Below are positions 9,791 to 18,896 of a stretch of 64,000 nt of DNA, one piece after another; positions within the stretch are counted from its first letter, which is position 1, and each line of letters starts with the position of its first letter. Made by a program: the position numbers and the translations under genes. Source of the stretch: a virus; IMG/VR virus record IMGVR_UViG_3300027719_000004, positions 2,824 through 66,823 of that record; one strand, 5' to 3'. The notes under the pieces were generated by a model. That model did not search any database and was not told the origin of the DNA. It saw nothing but the letters and a program-made list of their open reading frames with translations.

Positions 9791-10213
9791 ATGGGATTGG
9801 TTAAACTGATTAAGTCAATATACACAACTACAGACGTAACGGCACTTGGAGAACTTGCTGCTGGTGATACCATATTGCTAGAGAACCCAGAAGTTAAGAA
9901 CTATGTGGAAACAGTGTACGCCCCTGCTGCTGGAAGTACGTTTACCATAGACCTTGCCAACGGCACGTTTCAGAAGTTCACCACCAATGCTAACACGACC
10001 ATCACCCTGCCTGCTTCAGTTGCTGGCAAGAGCTACACAATCATGGTGGCTTACGGTGGCACTCACACGATCACATGGGCTGGAGGCTCTACTATTAAGT
10101 GGTCTGGAGGTACTGCTCCTACGGCAACCAGCGTGTCAGGAAAATTCGACATAATTGTTTTCGCTTGTGACGGTACAAATACCTATGGTGCATCTGGCGG
10201 GAGTAACTACTAA
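9791..10213 (+). CDS. Tail fibre distal/adaptor protein
   Basis: TIDLANG...ITW....KWSGGTAP....GKFDI motif; paralogue of 53230-53631. Confidence 0.6.
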   Translation: MGLVKLIKSIYTTTDVTALGELAAGDTILLENPEVKNYVETVYAPAAGSTFTIDLANGTFQKFTTNANTTITLPASVAGKSYTIMVAYGGTHTITWAGGSTIKWSGGTAPTATSVSGKFDIIVFACDGTNTYGASGGSNY

Positions 10214-10899
10214 TGTTCGGGGCTGCTGGTAAATTCCATCGTAGCAGAGGTGTTTCTGACCCATATTGGGCCAACACGTCATTACTTGTTCATGGTGATG
10301 GTGCAAACGGTTCTACGTCTATTCTGGATGCCACAGGTAAAAACACACTGACCGCTGTAGGTAACGCTCAGATCAGTACGGCGCAGAGTAAGTTCGGCGG
10401 TAGTAGTTTGGCGTTTGACGGATCATCGGACTATGTGTCGATGCCTAATAATAGTGACTTAATCATTGGGGCAGGCGACTTTACTATTGAAGCTTGGGTC
10501 TACACGACCGTTTCCGGTGTAAACCAGTCTATATGGTGCAAAGGCATTGTAAGTACAATGTTTGGCTTCTACCTAAACCCTACTAATAAGTTAGTCCTAA
10601 ATACCCTTTCGGGTGCTGCTGCAATAACGTCTACTAATTCCGTGCCTCAAAACACGTTTGTCCATGTTGCTGCCAGTAGAATTGCTGGTGTCACTAGGTT
10701 GTTTATAAATGGCGTACTGGAAGCGACTGCAGCTATCAGTACCGACTTTTCCACTACCGCTGCTGCATATATAGGGGCTTACGGAAGCGGCGGGCAAGAT
10801 TTCTTCTATGGCTATATAGATGACCTCCGCATAACAAAAGGCGTAGCCCGTTACATCGCCAATTTCAATCCACCAGCCGCACCATTCCCTAACTCATAG
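10213..10899 (+). CDS. LamG/ConA-like lectin domain receptor-binding protein
   Basis: SLLVHGDG.NGST, KFGGSSLAFDG, DFTIEAWV, GYIDDLRITKGVARY. Confidence 0.85.
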   Translation: MFGAAGKFHRSRGVSDPYWANTSLLVHGDGANGSTSILDATGKNTLTAVGNAQISTAQSKFGGSSLAFDGSSDYVSMPNNSDLIIGAGDFTIEAWVYTTVSGVNQSIWCKGIVSTMFGFYLNPTNKLVLNTLSGAAAITSTNSVPQNTFVHVAASRIAGVTRLFINGVLEATAAISTDFSTTAAAYIGAYGSGGQDFFYGYIDDLRITKGVARYIANFNPPAAPFPNS

Positions 10900-10907
10900 G
10901 AGCAGCT

Positions 10908-11330
10908 ATGTATAAAAATATCACCACGCTAGAGATATTCAGCCTGTACGCATTGCAGCAGGCTTTCCCAAACACCAGCTTTGCACTGTCTGGGCCTAAT
11001 GATGAATGGCTAGCAGAGCATGGGTTTGAACGCTACACCGCACCAGTAACACCGCCAGATCCTGCTGCTGTTGAAGCCCAACGCATAGCATCCCTCTGGC
11101 AAGCCGCACATGATTACGAATATGCAGAGATCTCTGGCTCCGCCGTAGGGCTTCTTGCTATGGGTGTGATGCAGGGGTTACCGAAATGCGTAGCTGTTCA
11201 GAACTGGATCAAAGGTATTTGGACTGAGTATTATACACGCAAAGCTGGCGTTAGCACGGACACCAGTTACGCTGCCTGTGGTGTTTGCCCGTACACAGTT
11301 CCTGAACTTATGGTAGAGCTGGGCTTCTAA
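10908..11330 (+). CDS. Tail fibre assembly/chaperone-like protein
   Basis: Follows the RBP; L...FPNTSF motif. Confidence 0.5.
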   Translation: MYKNITTLEIFSLYALQQAFPNTSFALSGPNDEWLAEHGFERYTAPVTPPDPAAVEAQRIASLWQAAHDYEYAEISGSAVGLLAMGVMQGLPKCVAVQNWIKGIWTEYYTRKAGVSTDTSYAACGVCPYTVPELMVELGF

Positions 11331-11557
11331 TGAACTACCTACGCAACCTATGGCAATCATTCGACCGCTTCCTGAACACAGTGTTTGCAGGTACGGATAA
11401 AGAGTATCTGAGCAGCAGAGTGTACCGCTACAAAGACATTAACAGGGTGGCTGGCTTGGCATATCGTGCGCTCAACTGGCTGGATAAAGACCACTGCGAG
11501 AAGGCTTACGCTGACTGTCAGATAGGCATGGACCCTGAAGATGATGTCTGGAAATGA
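11330..11557 (+). CDS. Conserved small phage protein
   Basis: D...N.VF.G...E.LSSR.....DHC pattern often found after tail fibres. Confidence 0.55.
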   Translation: MNYLRNLWQSFDRFLNTVFAGTDKEYLSSRVYRYKDINRVAGLAYRALNWLDKDHCEKAYADCQIGMDPEDDVWK

Positions 11558-11636
11558 TGTTAGTCACCAATTAGTCACTTTCAGCTCTGCCTGCAAAAAT
11601 AACTGTAATAAGTTTGCATAGTTATATGTCATAGAA

Positions 11637-11687
11637 AGAGGTCTGCAAAACCTCGATTCATCAGTTCAAATCTGATCGTCGCCTCCA
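11637..11687 (+). tRNA. 3' half of tRNA-Cys(GCA), att core rather than a full tRNA
   Basis: Anticodon arm GAGGT-CTGCAAA-ACCTC, T arm ATCAG-TTCAAAT-CTGAT, acceptor 3' strand ending CCA; no 5' half upstream. Confidence 0.85.
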
Positions 11688-11695
11688 ATAAAATT

Positions 11696-11726
11696 AGGGA
11701 CTTACACAAATAAGTCCCTTTCTTTT
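11696..11726 (+). terminator. Intrinsic terminator after the tRNA fragment
   Basis: AGGGACTTA-cacaaa-TAAGTCCCT then T-rich tract. Confidence 0.75.
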
Positions 11727-11835
11727 TGCCTCAAAAACATAATTGGGTGTTTCATAAATACTTCCAAGAAGTTAAGTTATTACGGCACGTACTACTTCTT
11801 GGTAACTATTGGACTTCTAAGAAGTTTATTGTTAG

Positions 11836-12366
11836 TCACTTTTTAGTCGTAAGATGCCTTGCCAATATAGCCTTCTCAAGTTCAACCATCTCATCCTCTG
11901 TCAACACATACACAGCAGTAGTCATAATCTTCTCGGTGCTCTTCTGGCCGGACTTGGATGTGTATTCTATATCGTACATAGCCGGGGCCTGATCATTCAC
12001 AGCGTGATGGGCCGCAGTGCTTACCTGCTTCTTGGCGTACCCCTTGAGCTTGTCTATGGCAGCCTTTATACCGTCATCAAAGCCTAGATTCTCTACTCTT
12101 CCAAATACCCTGCATGCGCTGACAATATCTGGGAATACCAGATCACCGTGCTTGGCCCTGAGAACCTCCGTGTGGGTGGACGCAGCTGAGTCAAGCACCG
12201 CCTTGCTCACTTCCTCCCGCTCCTCGATGGTCATCAAGGATAGGTCTAAGTCCTTTTGTAACCTGTCCGCTAAAGACTTCGGCATACTATCTGTACCGTC
12301 TGTATTTGCCATATCAAGCGTCCCCCTCATCCTCTTTATGATCTCCAAATAGTCAGATGTTATCAT
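11836..12366 (-). CDS. Hypothetical protein
   Basis: 176-aa ORF coupled to the ADP-ribosylglycohydrolase gene. Confidence 0.6.
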   Translation of the reverse strand: MITSDYLEIIKRMRGTLDMANTDGTDSMPKSLADRLQKDLDLSLMTIEEREEVSKAVLDSAASTHTEVLRAKHGDLVFPDIVSACRVFGRVENLGFDDGIKAAIDKLKGYAKKQVSTAAHHAVNDQAPAMYDIEYTSKSGQKSTEKIMTTAVYVLTEDEMVELEKAILARHLTTKK

Positions 12367-13066
12367 TCATCCACCCCCACAACTGCAGCGTCAAGGCTAG
12401 TGTCGAGTCTACATCTCCCCCTATCCAGACGCACTCCGTGATCGCCAGCTCTTTGGTTGGGGCCTGAGCACACCACCATGCCGTCTTGAGAGTGGACACC
12501 GCATCTGCATGACCTCCAAAGCCTTTTGTCGGGAACTCTGGGTCAAGGCTTGGGGGTTCTTCCAAAAACAGGCTGGCGAGCTTGTCACAAGCCGCAAGAG
12601 CAATGGGATGGGCATGTGTCAACAGGACATACTCTTCCACCATCCGAAATGGGTCTTCACCCACCGTCTGGGCGTAGTGCAAAACTGGTAGCACCATTCC
12701 TAGACACAAGTTGCCCATAGAGTTACGGTCCTTGGAGATCTCTACGACCTTACGGTACGTCAGCTCTTCCGGTTTATGCCTCAGCAGATACTTGACTAAC
12801 CTGAACGTGTCTGGCATAGCCTTGCCGTAACCGCTGTCTCGGTAGTTGTTGGCATAATAGATAATCCACCCTCCCGGTGACAGGTCTGGAAAGTCACGGG
12901 CTAAATATTCCCTCCAACACCTGATCATGTCGCTCTCGTCTGTGCCTCCGGGCTTTCTTGGGCGATGATCTTTGTCTGTGAATAGTGGCGATGACTCAAA
13001 GTTCGCCCCTATCTCGTCCCCTTCGCAGTACAGATCAAGGAGCCGGTTGTATGTTTCTAAGTTCAT
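12353..13066 (-). CDS. ADP-ribosylglycohydrolase family protein (DraG/ARH-like)
   Basis: GD.IGA..E, TDESD, GYG, SMGN, THAHP and GGDVDST metal-binding motifs in the expected order. Confidence 0.8.
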   Translation of the reverse strand: MNLETYNRLLDLYCEGDEIGANFESSPLFTDKDHRPRKPGGTDESDMIRCWREYLARDFPDLSPGGWIIYYANNYRDSGYGKAMPDTFRLVKYLLRHKPEELTYRKVVEISKDRNSMGNLCLGMVLPVLHYAQTVGEDPFRMVEEYVLLTHAHPIALAACDKLASLFLEEPPSLDPEFPTKGFGGHADAVSTLKTAWWCAQAPTKELAITECVWIGGDVDSTLALTLQLWGWMNDNI

Positions 13067-13069
13067 AGG

Positions 13070-13429
13070 CTACTCCTTACCCTTTTGGGCTATGGCTGGA
13101 CTTACCCTGTAGCATACTATACCCAGCCGCTCTTCCTTTGATATTACTCCAGCCCGCACCAGCTTACCTATAGCGGTATTCACCGAAACCTTGGACAAAC
13201 CTACCAGCTCCGCCAGTTTGGACTGGGTCACGGCTGCATATCCCCCATAGTCCATAACCCCCAAGATCCCTAACAAGACCTTATGTTCAGCACCACTGAA
13301 ATCTTTGTTCCCAGCAATTTCCAATATAGCTTCTTGTACGCCCATAAAAAATCCCCCGTTGCGCCTTTTAAGGCTGTTAACTATCGGTGTAACGTCCCCA
13401 GTTTCCAGATCAAGTAACGCCTTTGCCAT
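13070..13429 (-). CDS. Winged-HTH protein (RepL/MarR-like)
   Basis: TQSKLAELVGLSKVSVNTAIGKLVRAGVI...YRVSP. Confidence 0.7.
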   Translation of the reverse strand: MAKALLDLETGDVTPIVNSLKRRNGGFFMGVQEAILEIAGNKDFSGAEHKVLLGILGVMDYGGYAAVTQSKLAELVGLSKVSVNTAIGKLVRAGVISKEERLGIVCYRVSPAIAQKGKE

Positions 13430-13575
13430 ATCAAACCCCTTGTTGGGTTAATACAACCCATTTGGTTGTAGAGTAAAGTATGCTTTAACAAGGGTTATGT
13501 CAAGGTTTGCCATGTAAAATCCATATTGGCTAGCCGGTTATTACTTGGCCATATTGTTGTTCTCTTCTTTCCTGC

Positions 13576-14721
13576 TCATAATCCAAATCCTTTCATGGCA
13601 TCCTGCTTATGATCTTCAAGCAGGTGAGTATACCTCTGCGTGATCCAAAGCGTACTATGTCCTGCTATATCTGCCGCCAGCTGGATGTCCTTGGTCTGCA
13701 TGATCAGGTGAGTGATAAAGCAATGCCTCAGCTGGTGAAAGATAAAGTCTCCCAGCCCTGCCCTCTTAACAGCCGCATCAAATCCGATGTTGCTGCTGAC
13801 CAGCATGGCGACGCCCGACTTCTTGGGTGACGGGAATACCCAACCACCTATGTTGGTCTCGTTGGCAAGTTTCCATTCCAACAGGGCCTTCTTCAGTTGG
13901 GCCGTGAGGGGTATCCTGACTTCCTTGCCCTGCTTTACCGTCCGAGTGATCTTGTTACCCTTCCAATCAATGTGCTCCCATCTAAGCCCCAGTATGCCCT
14001 CCTTGCGTAGTCCGGTGTGCAGGGCTACTGTCACCATGGTCTTGAGATGTTTAGGTGCAACACGGTCTCCACAGGCCTCCAGAAGCTTGGCAATCTCTTC
14101 TTTTGTTAATGCCCTGTCTCTGGTCTTGGGCTCTCCCAGTTTAGGGTAGTCCTCCATGGGGTTTCTGGACAGCATTCTCTTCCTCACACATATCGTCAGT
14201 AGCCTGCTTATGGCTGTCAGCTCCCTGTTAATAGTGGCTGGCTTGGGGAACTTATCCGTATCCTTAATTGGTTGTGTCTTCCTGACCCTTATGTAGTCAT
14301 CAATGGTAATATGATCCAGCCTCGTTATGTTGGTGTTACCCAGTATAGGCAGCACGTTGGTATTGATGGCTGACATATACCGCTTGGCCGTCTTTGAATC
14401 CAGAGACCCATTTTCTACCTGCTCTGTGCACCACTTGTCAAATATGGCAGCGGCCTCTTTCAGCGTGTAGCTGGATGGCTTGGTTGTTATCTCTCCAGAA
14501 GATGCCCTCCTGATCAGCTCTGCCTCACGGGCTAGAGCATCTGCCTTGCTATCTCCCATCGTCTCAGAATACTTCTCTCCTCCGATATAAACTGACAGCT
14601 TCCACTTGCTGTACTTGGTAGCAGCACCCCCGCAATGGGGGCACCTCTCTCCCTTAATCTTTTCGGTCTGGACCTGCCTGACCTTCCCGCAATCACATGT
14701 TAACAGTTTGAAGACTGCCAT
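13576..14721 (-). CDS. int: Phage tyrosine integrase
   Basis: ATINREL, TGLRKEG, HQLRH, AGH....TQRY catalytic motifs. Confidence 0.95.
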   Translation of the reverse strand: MAVFKLLTCDCGKVRQVQTEKIKGERCPHCGGAATKYSKWKLSVYIGGEKYSETMGDSKADALAREAELIRRASSGEITTKPSSYTLKEAAAIFDKWCTEQVENGSLDSKTAKRYMSAINTNVLPILGNTNITRLDHITIDDYIRVRKTQPIKDTDKFPKPATINRELTAISRLLTICVRKRMLSRNPMEDYPKLGEPKTRDRALTKEEIAKLLEACGDRVAPKHLKTMVTVALHTGLRKEGILGLRWEHIDWKGNKITRTVKQGKEVRIPLTAQLKKALLEWKLANETNIGGWVFPSPKKSGVAMLVSSNIGFDAAVKRAGLGDFIFHQLRHCFITHLIMQTKDIQLAADIAGHSTLWITQRYTHLLEDHKQDAMKGFGL

Positions 14722-14724
14722 ATG

Positions 14725-15213
14725 TCACCTCCGTAATGCGTCTGTAAATTTCTTTGTATCTACTCGGGCCACCAGCCCGATAAGGTCTAGCTGATCAGCT
14801 ATTACATTCGATAGAGCTGGGTCAATCTTTGTGACGGACCGGTAGACATCCACCAGACTCCTCTCGTAGATATTGTATTCCAACTTGCTGGTCCCAATTA
14901 TCGCACTTAGCTCCTTGTCATCAGTGTAAGTCTCAAGGATGTGCCTGATCTCATCAGGGTCACAGTTCAAGTATTTCAGTATAATGGCCAGTGACGATGT
15001 CTCTATGTTTTTCCAGTCGCAGTCATTAAACGCCCTCCTGACCGTCTCTGGAGAATAGGGGACACCTGTACCTTTCATGAACTGTTTGATGGTGGTCCAA
15101 CCCTCCTCTCTCAACTTTCTGCCCATTAATTTTTTGAGCTCTACCGTTCTTGCGTCTTGGCTACTTCCGCTAACCGTCCGCTTGATCATGTTCGATTTTG
15201 GCATCATAGACAT
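14725..15213 (-). CDS. Putative immunity repressor (XRE-like HTH)
   Basis: Divergent from the early operon and directly upstream of int; HTH-like TIKQFMKGTGVPYSPETVRRAF; start placed at ATG 15213 downstream of the promoter. Confidence 0.55.
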   Translation of the reverse strand: MSMMPKSNMIKRTVSGSSQDARTVELKKLMGRKLREEGWTTIKQFMKGTGVPYSPETVRRAFNDCDWKNIETSSLAIILKYLNCDPDEIRHILETYTDDKELSAIIGTSKLEYNIYERSLVDVYRSVTKIDPALSNVIADQLDLIGLVARVDTKKFTDALRR

Positions 15214-15256
15214 ATCAAGTACCCCCCCCCCGTAGAATGTGCTGCTTTGTATATTG

Positions 15257-15285
15257 AATGTATATCTATAGATGCTGTTTGTCAA
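15257..15285 (-). promoter_or_regulatory. Leftward sigma70 promoter (repressor/integrase)
   Basis: TTGACA-17 nt-TACATT on the minus strand. Confidence 0.65.
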
Positions 15286-15313
15286 TAGTTGTCTGACAAA
15301 AACAAACTAGGTG

Positions 15314-15342
15314 TTGACAAGGTAAAACTACCATGCTAAAAA
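15314..15342 (+). promoter_or_regulatory. Rightward sigma70 promoter (early lytic operon)
   Basis: TTGACA-17 nt-(TGc)TAAAAA; imperfect palindrome ACTTCttaGGAGT at 15352-15364 just downstream. Confidence 0.55.
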
Positions 15343-15393
15343 GTTTTTAACACTTCTTAGGAGTTTGTTTTTTTCTACAAAATGGAGATGCTT

Positions 15394-15534
15394 ATGGGGC
15401 GACGTAGGATTACTGTAGGACTCAGCTCAAAACTGGCTGATCGGATGGAGGCAGAGATGCAGGCAAGCGGCCTTAGCATCTCAGATGTGGTCAAGATGGC
15501 TCTTGACGCCTATTTAAAGAAGGAGGGAAACTGA
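15394..15534 (+). CDS. Ribbon-helix-helix protein (Arc/CopG-like) in the cro position
   Basis: Translated by hand: MGRRRITVGLSSKLADRMEAEMQASGLSISDVVKMALDAYL; RBS GGAG. Confidence 0.7.
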   Translation: MGRRRITVGLSSKLADRMEAEMQASGLSISDVVKMALDAYLKKEGN

Positions 15535-15674
15535 TGGACGAGATCTTTTACCTACGCAAACTGAGTGATGACGAACTGGCAAAGGAACTGATAGCCAAGA
15601 CGGCCATAGCAAGGGAAGCGGCAGTGGTCGCAGAGGCGTGTGTATTGGAGATGCTAAGGAGAGGCGATGCGTAA
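15534..15674 (+). CDS. Small hypothetical protein
   Basis: Translated by hand; RBS GGAGGG; coupled on both sides. Confidence 0.55.
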   Translation: MDEIFYLRKLSDDELAKELIAKTAIAREAAVVAEACVLEMLRRGDA

Positions 15675-16620
15675 AATCTATGGAGCACATGTACTGGCAA
15701 GCACCGTTGGCATGTCTGAGGACGAATGGCTTGAGGTAAGGCGCAATGGTATAGGTGGCTCCGATGTCGGGGCCATCTTGGGAATCTCTAAGTATGCCTC
15801 TCCACTATCTATCTGGCTTTCAAAGGTGGAAGGGTTTAGTAAGAAGGCTGGACGGGCCGCCCACAGGGGCAAAATGTCGGAGTCGTGGATTAGGGACGAA
15901 GCTGCGGCCAGAAACGGGTGGAGGGTAAGACAGGTACATGCTGTATTACAACACCCTGAACGCAAATGGATGCTGGCTAACATAGACGGGGTGATCACTA
16001 ATCTGGGTAAAAAGCATGAGATACTGGAGATAAAGTTTATTAACTCGTCACACGTGGCATCCAAGGTGTTGGATAATAACAAACCTCTTGATGAGCATTT
16101 GGCACAAGTGGCTTGGTATCTTGCAGTAACTGGGCTGGACCGGGGCCACATAGTTTATGACCTGCCTAGCCACGACCCTCTCGATTTTGTGGTAGACCGG
16201 GATTTAGACCTAGAATCAGACATGATAGCCGCTGCACTCAGTTTTTGGAGTTTAGTGGAAAGCAAGGAAGCCCCAGCTTTGGACGGGTCCGTAGACGCCA
16301 GTGACTATCTTAAAATCAAGTTTTCGGACGCCACCGACACAACTATTCAGCTGCCCGAATCCTGTGAGCAATACGTTATGGAATACCAAGCTGCGTCAGA
16401 TGGCATCAAAGAACTGGAAACGGTGAAAGAAAGAGCTAAGCAGATGCTTGAAGAATCTCTTGGTCAAAACACTACTGGGTACGCCGGGAGCAAGGTAGTG
16501 TCTTGGAAGCCTACGTCAAGCAAGAGAATTGATACCGATATGCTAAAGAAAAAATACCCGGAGATAGCAGCTGAATGCACCGCAGAATCGACATATCGGA
16601 GATTCTTAATCAAGGGGTAG
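15667..16620 (+). CDS. YqaJ-like viral recombinase exonuclease
   Basis: WL..RRNGIGGSD, ANIDG, LEIK, QV.WYL.VTG. Confidence 0.9.
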   Translation: MRKIYGAHVLASTVGMSEDEWLEVRRNGIGGSDVGAILGISKYASPLSIWLSKVEGFSKKAGRAAHRGKMSESWIRDEAAARNGWRVRQVHAVLQHPERKWMLANIDGVITNLGKKHEILEIKFINSSHVASKVLDNNKPLDEHLAQVAWYLAVTGLDRGHIVYDLPSHDPLDFVVDRDLDLESDMIAAALSFWSLVESKEAPALDGSVDASDYLKIKFSDATDTTIQLPESCEQYVMEYQAASDGIKELETVKERAKQMLEESLGQNTTGYAGSKVVSWKPTSSKRIDTDMLKKKYPEIAAECTAESTYRRFLIKG

Positions 16621-16666
16621 ATATGCAAACCAACCCCAAGCATAAGACAATAAAATAGGAGGCGAC

Positions 16667-16966
16667 ATGAACATCGAATTACACGACGGCAAAGACCCTG
16701 TACTTCTCAGATATAAAGAAGGTTCATTTGAGCTGTGCTGGAAGATTAATTCCAAGGACCGTGACACGGGTGAACCAGTAGAGCTTTGGTCACCGCAGAA
16801 GTTTTACGCATCGCCAGCTCAGGCCCTCAGTAAATTGCTCACCATGAAGGTGGGTAACTCTGATGCAACTACACTGAAGGAGTTGAGGGTAGCAATAGAG
16901 AAAGCAAGCAACGAAATCATGGAAACCTATTCAACGGTAATCACAAAGGAGCAAATCAATGGCTGA
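16667..16966 (+). CDS. Hypothetical protein
   Basis: 99-aa ORF with RBS GGAGG. Confidence 0.6.
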   Translation: MNIELHDGKDPVLLRYKEGSFELCWKINSKDRDTGEPVELWSPQKFYASPAQALSKLLTMKVGNSDATTLKELRVAIEKASNEIMETYSTVITKEQING

Positions 16967-17834
16967 TCTAAAGTCAGTAGTAAAGAGCAAAGCAGTGGCA
17001 GCAGCAGCACCGGCAAAGACATTGTCTTCCCAGTTTGAGGCACTGAAGCCTGAAATACGCAAGCTGGCAGGGCATCACACGGACAAGCTGGTCAGGCTGG
17101 CCATGAACCAAGCCAGAACCAACCTTCAGGACTGTTCAGTAAGATCCATTCTGGGGGCTGTAATGAGCTCTGCGGCTGTCGGCCTTGAGCCATCCCCTCT
17201 TGGGCATGTCTGGCTGATCCCTTTCCGTAACGGGAAGACTGGTGAGACCGAGTGTCAGTTCCAGATCGGGGTACGGGGCTGGATTAAATTAGCACGTAAT
17301 GCTGGGTGCTTCTTGGACGCCAAGTGCGTTTATGAGAACGATGCGTTTTCATATGAGTACGGCTTTGAACCTTCCCTTACCCACATACCAGCAGAAACCA
17401 ACAGAGGTAAACTCCGTTGCGTCTATGCCATTGCCAAGGACCGTGACGGAAATAAATACCTTGAGGTCATGTCTCTTGAGGAAGTGGACAAGATCAGGAA
17501 GGTATCCAAAGCTGGGCAGTCTGGCCCGTGGGTTGACTGGTATGACCAGATGGCTCTCAAGACCGCAATTAAACGTCTGGCAAAGATGCTACCATTGGAT
17601 ACCACCTTTGAAAAGGCAAGAGCCTACGACTCTACCACAAACGTATTGTCGAGGGTGGAGGACGAGTATGGCAATGCCCTGCCAGCTCCCAGCCTTAACC
17701 CCAAGGAGATTGTGAGCATTCAGCCACAGGCACTGACCCCGACCATCGAAGGCCAGCCAGTTGATGAGTCAGGCTGGACCCAGACAGAGATGATCGCTGA
17801 AGAGCCTACCGCTACTGATATTTTTGCAGAATAA
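16959..17834 (+). CDS. recT: RecT single-strand annealing protein
   Basis: GLEP..LG..WLIPF, QFQIGVRG...LA, VYEND.F, SGPW..WYDQMALKT.IKRL.K.LP. Confidence 0.92.
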   Translation: MADLKSVVKSKAVAAAAPAKTLSSQFEALKPEIRKLAGHHTDKLVRLAMNQARTNLQDCSVRSILGAVMSSAAVGLEPSPLGHVWLIPFRNGKTGETECQFQIGVRGWIKLARNAGCFLDAKCVYENDAFSYEYGFEPSLTHIPAETNRGKLRCVYAIAKDRDGNKYLEVMSLEEVDKIRKVSKAGQSGPWVDWYDQMALKTAIKRLAKMLPLDTTFEKARAYDSTTNVLSRVEDEYGNALPAPSLNPKEIVSIQPQALTPTIEGQPVDESGWTQTEMIAEEPTATDIFAE

Positions 17835-17854
17835 AAACCACCAAGGAGTTTGTA

Positions 17855-18262
17855 ATGGCAAAACCAACACAGCTACATATTGAAGGAAAGATATTCGCAG
17901 ACCCAAAACCAACCACCGTATCTACCGGCAAACTCAAGTGCACCTTCTCAATACTGAACGTGCACAGGAGCGGCGACATTCGCAAGGACGGACGCTGGTT
18001 TAACTTTGTCGCATGGGAGGAGACTGCAGAGCATATCCTCAACAACTTCAGGGCGGGTGATGTGATCACCATTTCAAAGGCCACACCTAAATCAAGCAAG
18101 TGTAAATGCCCTGCCTGTAAAGAGTGGGTGGAGATGGGCGTAGAGTGGACTGTTCAGGAGCTGGGAGAGAAAGCCGTTCCAGAGAATCTGCCTGATGTCT
18201 ATGAGCAGGACGAGCTGGTAAGCAGAGAGGTGGTGCTGGATGACTCAGACATCCCCTATTAG
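17855..18262 (+). CDS. ssb: Single-stranded DNA-binding protein
   Basis: OB-fold pattern (WFNFVAWEETAE....FRAGD) and acidic tail DDSDIPY. Confidence 0.7.
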   Translation: MAKPTQLHIEGKIFADPKPTTVSTGKLKCTFSILNVHRSGDIRKDGRWFNFVAWEETAEHILNNFRAGDVITISKATPKSSKCKCPACKEWVEMGVEWTVQELGEKAVPENLPDVYEQDELVSREVVLDDSDIPY

Positions 18263-18896
18263 CTACGACCAATGCTGCTCAGACGGCAGGCCACTCAAGA
18301 GAAAGGAGGGAAAGCCCCAACTGGGGTTAGTACCTCCGCTGCTTACTTCTCACTTGGCCAGAGTATTTGAATATGGCCTCACCAAGTATGAGCTTGAGAG
18401 CTGGAAGAAGTTTGATCTGACTGGGGCTCGTGAGCTGATTCACCCAGCCATGCGGCACCTTGATGAATACCGTGACGGTCATTATGTGGACGAGGAGTCC
18501 AAGTGCTACACACTGATGCAGGCCATGTGGAATCTGCAGACAATACATTGGCATGAGTACCACCAGAACCCAGAATACCGGAGGATTTATGAACAACTAC
18601 GTGAAAGCGGGACTGATCCTGCTGCTGATAGCGTCGGGGATGACGCTGGATTACAAACTGAATTACGAGAATGCAGTCCAAGGGCAAGAAGACCCGACGG
18701 ACCCTTACATGGGCTACCACCAGAATGTTTCGATGACAGAGGAGCAAAAGAAGCTCTCAGAGTTCTTCGTGAAACATGGGAGTCCGCAACCGGCAGAGAT
18801 GGCGATTGCCGTGAGCAAGACCAAGTACCCAGCACTCCTTGCGGCAGTGGCGATCAAGGAATCAAACGGGGACCCGACTTCACAAGGAGACGGTAA
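18240..18896 (+). CDS. dATP/dGTP diphosphohydrolase-like domain (DUF5664) with overlapping C-terminal tail
   Basis: K..GKP.L.LVP, VF.YG..KY....WKK, AMRHL, D.ES......A.WN. Confidence 0.75.
   Translation: MTQTSPISYDQCCSDGRPLKRKEGKPQLGLVPPLLTSHLARVFEYGLTKYELESWKKFDLTGARELIHPAMRHLDEYRDGHYVDEESKCYTLMQAMWNLQTIHWHEYHQNPEYRRIYEQLRESGTDPAADSVGDDAGLQTELRECSPRARRPDGPLHGLPPECFDDRGAKEALRVLRETWESATGRDGDCREQDQVPSTPCGSGDQGIKRGPDFTRRR

Larger units (their letters stand above)
11560..11850. mobile_element. attP region: tRNA-Cys core flanked by paired arm-type repeats
   Basis: TTAGTCAC at 11560 and 11571, TTAGTCAC/TTAGTCGT at 11832 and 11843 (11-bp spacing in both pairs) flank the tRNA fragment; near the integrase. 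Confidence 0.75.

Noticed and set aside
11637-11687. Functional phage tRNA-Cys gene
   Set aside because: The 5' acceptor strand and D arm are missing; it fits an att core
13576-14721. Integrase as the integron integrase for the cassette array
   Set aside because: It has a phage-type N-terminal extension, sits by attP and the repressor 13 kb from the array, and I could not see the IntI-specific insertion; an HMM check is still advisable
18240-18896. Modified-base (Z-genome) pathway
   Set aside because: DUF5664-like domain is present but no PurZ, DatZ or phage DNA polymerase was recognised
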